Source of the DNA: Pirellulales bacterium
GTDB taxonomy: Bacteria; Planctomycetota; Planctomycetia; Pirellulales; JACPPG01
Direction: 5' to 3'
DNA: 64,000 nucleotides
NCBI GenBank assembly: GCA_035546535.1
Contig: DASZWQ010000087.1
Location: 26,189-90,188, forward strand
Shown here: positions 58,168 through 64,000 of the stretch, one piece after another
How the letters are laid out: each line of letters starts with the position of its first letter
Position numbering within the stretch: the stretch's first letter is position 1
The notes under the pieces: generated by a model
What the model was told of the DNA's origin: nothing
The model's input: only the letters and a program-made list of their open reading frames with translations
The model's database searches: none
Made by a program: the position numbers and the translations under genes

Positions 58168-59139
58168 CTACACGCGGCGAAAACGGCGCAGTCCTTCGAG
58201 CACCGCTTGAATATCAGCCGGTAGCGGCGCTTCGATCAGTAGCGGCTCACCACTCTCCGGGTGTGCGAGGGTCAGGCGGCGCGCGTGCAGCGCCTGTCGA
58301 GCGAGCAGTACGTCGCCGTCGGCCGGCTGGCGGCTCAATTCTCCACGCGTGATCTCGGCCCGCCCCCCATACTGCTTATCGCACAGCACAGGGCAGCCAA
58401 TGCTCTGCAAGTGGACGCGAATCTGGTGCGTCCTGCCGGTATGGGGCTCGATGCGCATCGCGGCAAATCCGTCGAAGCGCTCGAGCACTTCGTAAAAACT
58501 GCGCGCCGGGCGGCTGGCCGGATCGTGCGGCCGGATGGCCATCTTCTCGCGCTCGCGCGGGTGCAAACCGATCGGCAAGTCGATCCAATCGCGGTCGCGA
58601 TCCGGCCGGCCCGACACGATCGCAAAATACTCCTTCTTGATCGTGCGTTTCTCGAACTGCTGGGCCAGCCGCCGATGCACGGAATCGTCCTTGGCGATCA
58701 CGATGACGCCACTCGTATCGCGATCGAGACGGTGCACCACGCCCGGTCGCGTCGGGCCGCCGACGTGACTGAGTCGATCGAAATGAAACTGCAGCGCCGC
58801 CGTCAACGTGCCGGACCAGTGACCTTTGGCCGGGTGAACGACCATGCCGGCAGGCTTGTTGATCGCCGCCAGCCACCGATCTTCGTAAAGAATATCGAGC
58901 GGAATCTCCTCGGGCTGCGGCAGCGCGCGCGGCGGATCGACAAGCTCGACCAAGATCCGTTCGCCGCCCCTCAAAGGATGCGCCGCCTTCACGCGCAGTC
59001 CATCGACGGTCACGCTCTTGGCATTGATCAACCGCCGAACGTACACACGGCTGTAGCGCGGCAATTGCTGCGCGAGGAAAGTATCCAGCCGAACGCCAGC
59101 CGCCGAGTCGGGGGCCACGAGTTCCAGCATCTCGGCCAT
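58168..59139 (-). CDS. rluD: RluA-family 23S rRNA pseudouridine synthase (RluD-like)
   Basis: S4-like N-terminus (RLDTFLAQQL...) and the catalytic motif HRLDRDTSGVIVIAK. ATG 59139 lies 13 nt after the upstream gene's stop. Confidence 0.86.
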   Translation of the reverse strand: MAEMLELVAPDSAAGVRLDTFLAQQLPRYSRVYVRRLINAKSVTVDGLRVKAAHPLRGGERILVELVDPPRALPQPEEIPLDILYEDRWLAAINKPAGMVVHPAKGHWSGTLTAALQFHFDRLSHVGGPTRPGVVHRLDRDTSGVIVIAKDDSVHRRLAQQFEKRTIKKEYFAIVSGRPDRDRDWIDLPIGLHPREREKMAIRPHDPASRPARSFYEVLERFDGFAAMRIEPHTGRTHQIRVHLQSIGCPVLCDKQYGGRAEITRGELSRQPADGDVLLARQALHARRLTLAHPESGEPLLIEAPLPADIQAVLEGLRRFRRV

Positions 59140-59152
59140 GGCGGGCGTAACG

Positions 59153-60100
59153 CTACTCGGGCGATTTGTCGGCGACAGGCGCCGCGGCCTTGTCTTCGAC
59201 CGTTGCCGCTTCAGGCGATGCCGAACCCTCGGGCTGCGGCGTCTCGGGCTGCGACGCGGGCGTTTCCGGCTGGGTCGTTTCCGGCTGGGAGGCTGTCTCG
59301 GCCGCCGGCGCATCCCCTGGCGCAGCGCCCTCGGCGCCTGCAGGTGGGTTGGCCGGCGTACTCAACAGACTGTCGGTGGCCGACGGCTTGAAACCGCTTT
59401 CGTCGGGCAACGCGCCAAAATCAGGACGCACTCCGGGCATGCCCGGCATACCCTGGGCGCCCAAGCCGACGCGCGGCGGCGAAGCGGCAAAAAACCAGTC
59501 ATAGAAGCGCTTCGTCGGTTCGCGGTTGATGTCGCGCAGCCGCTGCTGTGCTTCGGCCGCGAGCGGCCCCGTCCCTTTCGCGGCCAGGGCCTCATAGGCG
59601 GCGCGGGCCTTGTCCAATTCGTTAAGCGATTCGTAGGCGCGCCCCGTGCCCAGCGCGGCACGCTCTTGGAGCATCGGCGATCGCGAATGGTCGACGATGA
59701 ACGTGTACCCGTCCACCGCCGAGCGGAGCGACTTGGTGGCCGCGGCCCGATCGGTGAACAATTGCCCGATCCCTTCGCGCAAGTGAACGTCGGCCAGGCT
59801 GAGCACGGCCCATTCGCCGACCGGTGTGCCGGTGAACTCCGACGACTCGGCCAGTTGCGTGAGCGGCTCGGTATCTCCCTTCTGAGAGATGTCGTCCATG
59901 GCCGTGAAAAATCGCTGCCAACCTTGCTCCTGGCGGTACGTCGACTGCGTCCGCATATAGCTGTACAGGCCGATCAACACGACCGCGCCGATCAGCACGC
60001 CCAAGATCAGCCGGCCATACTCTTCGAAGCGCTCGATCTGCAGGCCGAGCCAGTCCGCCAGAACGTTGTGTTGCAGTTCGTGGCGACGCTCCGTCTTCAT
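59153..60100 (-). CDS. Membrane-anchored TPR-like protein with a Pro/Glu/Thr-rich C-terminal tail
   Basis: The N-terminal cytoplasmic segment and one TM (LILGVLIGAVVLIGLY) are followed by TPR-like helices. The tail reads ETASQPETTQPETPASQPETPQPEG. Confidence 0.62.
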   Translation of the reverse strand: MKTERRHELQHNVLADWLGLQIERFEEYGRLILGVLIGAVVLIGLYSYMRTQSTYRQEQGWQRFFTAMDDISQKGDTEPLTQLAESSEFTGTPVGEWAVLSLADVHLREGIGQLFTDRAAATKSLRSAVDGYTFIVDHSRSPMLQERAALGTGRAYESLNELDKARAAYEALAAKGTGPLAAEAQQRLRDINREPTKRFYDWFFAASPPRVGLGAQGMPGMPGVRPDFGALPDESGFKPSATDSLLSTPANPPAGAEGAAPGDAPAAETASQPETTQPETPASQPETPQPEGSASPEAATVEDKAAAPVADKSPE

Positions 60101-60364
60101 GGCGGACCTTCCGTTGCGATGCGAGCCAAAGAAAAAGAGAGCCTCACAACGGCTCCCAAGAGACTACCTGCCGGGAGTATGGGGCTCGGGCGGAAGTTCG
60201 TCAAGAGCGGCTACTTACGTCGTCTCGTTCGCGCTACGACGCGCGCTCCGAAGAATCACCGTCGGCAGCCCGTTGCAGACGCGCGCGCATCGCCGTAGGA
60301 TCGCCAGGCGGAGCCAAATCTCTCGATCACCGGCGATCTAACGGACTGAAAATAGCAGGCTAGG

Positions 60365-62446
60365 ATGGCGACCCCTTTGAATCCCGCCCAGGATCAGGCG
60401 GTACACACCCTGCGCGGGCCGCTGTTGGTGCTGGCCGGCGCCGGCACCGGCAAGACGCGGGTTGTTACGCATCGCATTGCCGAGTTGATTCGCCGCGGCA
60501 CGCCCCCCGCCAAAATCCTGGCCGTCACGTTCACGAACAAGGCCGCCGGCGAAATGCAGGAGCGGGCCGCCGCCCTGCTGGGAAAGCGTCAGCCCGAGAA
60601 GCCCGAGATTTCCACGTTCCATTCGTTATGCGTGCGCATTCTCAGGCGTCACGCGCGGCTGCTGGGCTACCCGGCGCAGTTCGCGATTTACGATCGTGGC
60701 GATCAAGAGAGCCTGGCCCGGGCGGCGCTGCGCGACATCAAGGTCCCCGGCGCGCTATTGCGTCCCGGGGACCTGCTGCATTTCATCAGCCGCTGGAAAA
60801 CCTCGTCGATACGCCCCGACGGCGCCGTGGCTCAGGCGGCCAGCGACAAGGAACATCTGGCCGCGATGGCCTACCGGCGCTATCAGCGCGCCCTGAAGAC
60901 CGCGGGGGCTGTCGATTTCGACGATCTGCTGTTGTGTACCGAGGAACTGTTTCAGCATTTTCCGGCAGCGCGCTCGGCCGAGGCGTCGCGTTTCCACCAC
61001 CTACTGATCGACGAGTATCAGGACACCAACGGCTCGCAATATCGCATCGTCAAAGCCCTGGCCGACGAGCATCGCAATCTGTGCGTCGTAGGGGACGACG
61101 ATCAATCGATTTACGGTTGGCGCGGGGCCGAGGTCGAGCACATCCTGCGCTTCCATCGCGACTGGCCCGACGCCACGGTCATCCGGCTGGAGGAGAACTA
61201 CCGCTCGACGGCGGCGATCCTGGCGATGGCCAATCGTTTGATCGCCTACAACAGCAAGCGGCACGACAAGGTTTTGCGGGCCTTTCGCGAAAATGGCGAA
61301 GAGCCGCGCATCATGCAATATCCGGACGAAACGGCGGAAGCGGCCCGCGTGATCGACGAGATTCGCAATCTCATCGCCGAAAATGTCGTCGAGCCACGCG
61401 ACGTAGCGATCCTATTCCGCACCAACGAGCAGCCGCGCGCCTTCGAAACCGAGCTGCGCCGCGCCAAGGTGCCCTACACGCTCATCGGCGGTATGTCGTT
61501 TTACGACCGCAAGGAAGTCCGCGACGTGCTGGCTTACTTGAAAACCATTGCCCATCCGCACGACGAGGTGTCGTTGCTGAGGATCATCAACACGCCGGCG
61601 CGCGGCATCGGCGCCCGCGCCGTCGAGCTGCTTTTGGCCCGCGCGGTGGCGGCAGGCAAACCGCTGTGGACCATCCTGCCCGAGGTTGCCCAGATGCAGG
61701 AGTTGCCCGTGGCCGCCGTCCAGGCCGTGGGTAAATTCTGCGCGCTCATTGAGCGTTATCGCGAGTTGGCATCGCGCGGCCGCCTGGTGCTGGTGCTCCA
61801 GCAATTGTTGGCCGAAATCGGTTACCAGGACGAGCTCGCGCGGCAATACAAGGACCCCAATGAACAGACCGCGCGCTGGAACGCCGTCGAAGAAGTCGTG
61901 AACTCCTTGGCCGGCTACGTCGAGCGCACCAAGCGCCCGACCTTGGCCGGATTCATCGAGGACGTTGCACTCGCGGGCCGTGACGACAGCGACGATAAGG
62001 AAACGCGGTTGGCACGCAATGCCGTCGTGCTGATGACGCTGCACAGCGCCAAAGGACTCGAGTATCCGCACGTCTACCTGGTGGGCATGGAAGAGGGGCT
62101 GCTGCCGCATCATCGCGCCGTCGACCTGGAGGGGGCCGCGATCGACGAAGAACGCCGGCTGTGCTACGTCGGCGTCACGCGGGCCCAGGATCGTCTGACG
62201 CTGACCCTGGCCCAGGGGCGCATGAAATGGGGCAAAAAGCGCCCCTCGATTCCCAGCCGATTTCTCTACGAGCTGTTGGGCAAGGCCGACCGCGCCCCCG
62301 CGGCGCAGGGCGCAGTACCAGCCCCGCACGGCCGACAGGCGGCGGACCGCGACGCGCAACAAAAGCGCGGCGGTGGCGCCAAGGGCGCGACCGGCAAGCG
62401 ACCTCCCGCGGCTTCCGGCGCGCGACGTCCGCCGCGCCCGCGATAG
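60365..62446 (+). CDS. uvrD: ATP-dependent DNA helicase, UvrD/PcrA/Rep family
   Basis: LNPAQDQAV...AGAGTGKT (Ia), TFTNKAA, LIDEYQDTN (II), GDDDQSIYGWRGA, LEENYRS, TLHSAKGLEYPHVYLVG, YVGVTRA. Confidence 0.9.
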   Translation: MATPLNPAQDQAVHTLRGPLLVLAGAGTGKTRVVTHRIAELIRRGTPPAKILAVTFTNKAAGEMQERAAALLGKRQPEKPEISTFHSLCVRILRRHARLLGYPAQFAIYDRGDQESLARAALRDIKVPGALLRPGDLLHFISRWKTSSIRPDGAVAQAASDKEHLAAMAYRRYQRALKTAGAVDFDDLLLCTEELFQHFPAARSAEASRFHHLLIDEYQDTNGSQYRIVKALADEHRNLCVVGDDDQSIYGWRGAEVEHILRFHRDWPDATVIRLEENYRSTAAILAMANRLIAYNSKRHDKVLRAFRENGEEPRIMQYPDETAEAARVIDEIRNLIAENVVEPRDVAILFRTNEQPRAFETELRRAKVPYTLIGGMSFYDRKEVRDVLAYLKTIAHPHDEVSLLRIINTPARGIGARAVELLLARAVAAGKPLWTILPEVAQMQELPVAAVQAVGKFCALIERYRELASRGRLVLVLQQLLAEIGYQDELARQYKDPNEQTARWNAVEEVVNSLAGYVERTKRPTLAGFIEDVALAGRDDSDDKETRLARNAVVLMTLHSAKGLEYPHVYLVGMEEGLLPHHRAVDLEGAAIDEERRLCYVGVTRAQDRLTLTLAQGRMKWGKKRPSIPSRFLYELLGKADRAPAAQGAVPAPHGRQAADRDAQQKRGGGAKGATGKRPPAASGARRPPRPR

Positions 62447-62669
62447 CGGGCGATTGGTCAGACGAGCAACTTCCCTGCTGCTGCACGACGTCGCGCAGTT
62501 TTGGAAGTCACGGAGCGTCAAAATGGGAAAGCGAGGTAGCTGATTTGGCCGCTGGCGACTAGACTTACGCCATTCGAAGCTCGGCCACGCGGCGCAGAGC
62601 AACCCAGGTCGCGAGGCCGCGTTGCGGTAACCGCATTCCGGCGCCCGCAGGAAGGGATTCAAGGCGTCC

Positions 62670-63905
62670 ATGTCGCAGCCTTTGCGTTTCGTTCATGCCA
62701 GCGATTTTCATCTCGAACGCCCCCTGGCGGGGCTGGCCGAAATCCCTGCGCACCTGACGGACCTGCTCATCGATGCCCCGTACGCGGCCGCCGAGCGCGT
62801 CTTCGAGCTCGCCGAGAGCGAGCGGGCCGACTTCCTGATCCTGGCCGGCGACATCGTGAACATCGATCGCGCCGGTCCGCGCGCCATTGCATTTCTGATC
62901 GATCAGTTCGAGCGGCTGGCCGCCCGCGATATTGCCGTCTATTGGCTGGCCGGCCCCGCGGAGCGCCGCGGCCCCTGGCCCAGCGACTTGAAGCTGCCTG
63001 GCAACGTCCATCCGTTCGGGCGAGGCGCAACCCAGTCGGTCGTACATCACGCCGACGGCGACGATCTGGCCGAACTTATCGGCTACGGCGCTGCCGCCGA
63101 CGAACGCCCGACGGCAGCAGCCAAGAACAAATCCAGCCGGTTCACGATCGGCGTCCGACACGGAGCGTTTCACGGGCGTCAACTGGGCAAGCTTGCCGGT
63201 CACTATTGGGCCTGCGGCGGAGCGAAGCGGCGCCGCCAAACCACCAGCGATGGCCGGCCGATCGTTCATTCCGGCACCCCGCAAGGACGTTCGCCGGCCC
63301 ACCGCGGTCCGCACGGCGCGGTTGTCGTCGAAGTCGACGAGCACGGCGTGGCCCGCCCGCGCTTCGTCGCCACCGACCTGGCACGTTATGCGCGTCTGCG
63401 CGTCGAAATCGATCCGGCCGCGCCGCGCGCCGATCAGGAACACGCCCTGGCCGAACGCGTGCAAGCCGCGCTCGATAAGGCGCCGGGGCTGGACCTCTTC
63501 TTGCGCTGGCAGATCGTGCCGGTCGGCGCGGCGGGGTCGGGTAGTGCCGCGCTGGGTATGTCGCGCGAAGCGTGGGCCCAGACGTGGCTGCGCTGGCTGC
63601 GCCAGGAATTCGGCACCGATTCCCCGGCCGCCTGGAGCATGTCGGTCGACGTCGTTTTGCCGCGTCGCCGCGGGCAACGGTCGCCGCAAGACGGCAGCTT
63701 GCTCGCCGATTTTCTCGCTGCCGTCGCCGATGCCGAGCGCGATCACGACGAGTTGTCGCTCGATCGCTTCGTGCCCGAGCATTGGCGTCACGCCCACGTG
63801 GCCGAATTACTCAGCATCGCCGACACAAGCGCGCGGCGCCGCGTGCTGCGGCAAGCGCGTCTGCTGGGAAATGATCTGCTCGGCGCCGAGGAGCTCTCGG
63901 CATGA
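62670..63905 (+). CDS. DNA-repair-type metallophosphoesterase (SbcD/YhaO-like)
   Basis: FVHASDFHL and LILAGDIVN are calcineurin-like motifs I and II. 411 aa. The stop overlaps the next gene's start (ATGA). Confidence 0.78.
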   Translation: MSQPLRFVHASDFHLERPLAGLAEIPAHLTDLLIDAPYAAAERVFELAESERADFLILAGDIVNIDRAGPRAIAFLIDQFERLAARDIAVYWLAGPAERRGPWPSDLKLPGNVHPFGRGATQSVVHHADGDDLAELIGYGAAADERPTAAAKNKSSRFTIGVRHGAFHGRQLGKLAGHYWACGGAKRRRQTTSDGRPIVHSGTPQGRSPAHRGPHGAVVVEVDEHGVARPRFVATDLARYARLRVEIDPAAPRADQEHALAERVQAALDKAPGLDLFLRWQIVPVGAAGSGSAALGMSREAWAQTWLRWLRQEFGTDSPAAWSMSVDVVLPRRRGQRSPQDGSLLADFLAAVADAERDHDELSLDRFVPEHWRHAHVAELLSIADTSARRRVLRQARLLGNDLLGAEELSA

Positions 63906-64000
63906 AGGTCCGCGAGATCAAGATCGACGGATTCGGTGTATGGACCGGGCTCGACCTCGCCGACCTGGACGATCATCTGAATGTCTTCTACGGCCCCAAC
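63902..64000 (+). CDS. AAA/SMC-like ATPase (SbcC/YhaN-like), 5' fragment cut by the window end
   Basis: MKVREIKIDGFGVWTGLDLADLDDHLNVFYGPN is the typical N-terminus leading into the GPNEAGKS Walker A of YhaN/SbcC-type ATPases. Only 33 aa are visible. Confidence 0.6.
   Translation, partial: MKVREIKIDGFGVWTGLDLADLDDHLNVFYGPN

Noticed and set aside
59140-59313. Arg/Pro/Ser-rich N-terminal extension of the pseudouridine synthase ORF (MRRRPRQPPSRKRPSRKRPRR...).
   Set aside because: It is the out-of-frame reading of the upstream gene's Pro/Glu/Thr-rich tail. The internal ATG at 59139 sits 13 nt after that gene's stop and begins the S4-like domain.
62565-63797. 410-aa minus-strand ORF opposite the metallophosphoesterase.
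   Set aside because: The plus-strand frame carries the calcineurin-like motifs and is coupled to the next gene. The minus-strand product is Arg/Gly/Ala-rich without motifs.

Overview
High-GC bacterial chromosome segment (GC looks well above 60% by eye), almost certainly Planctomycetota and Pirellulales-like. The taxonomic markers are a PEP-CTERM protein, two giant PVC-type CxxCH heme-binding proteins with a membrane-bound-dehydrogenase domain, a TIGR03000-like domain protein, and many ATGA/GTGA start-stop overlaps. I can support about 50 protein genes. I found no rRNA, tRNA, CRISPR array, transposase or prophage signal. Most of the window is housekeeping: rdgB, mprF, a cobA-hemD fusion, rpsT, coaD, hisH, an aroD-aroE fusion, aroK, mutL, pnp, rpsO, an RluA-family synthase, a UvrD-like helicase, a thioredoxin-TPR protein, and a histidine kinase with a sigma-54 response regulator. 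The remainder is lineage-specific envelope and membrane genes. The most unusual item is a 119-aa ORF at the 5' edge (2-361) with 33 Cys and 16 Met. It looks like a new metallothionein-like metal store and lies 2.4 kb from a CzcCBA-type heavy-metal RND efflux operon (2761-9527). Other items worth a second look: a secreted poly-His / Gly-Trp-repeat protein (41210-42268); a translationally coupled three-gene membrane module built around a zinc-ribbon CPBP protease (24192-26484); a YhhN-mprF coupled pair; two ATGA-coupled heme-binding paralogs; a block of 16-nt-phased tandem repeats upstream of rpsO; and a helicase / metallophosphoesterase / AAA-ATPase cluster cut by the 3' edge. All functional calls come from motif recognition by eye and none has been checked against a database. 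Many long antisense ORFs are GC-driven artefacts and were rejected.
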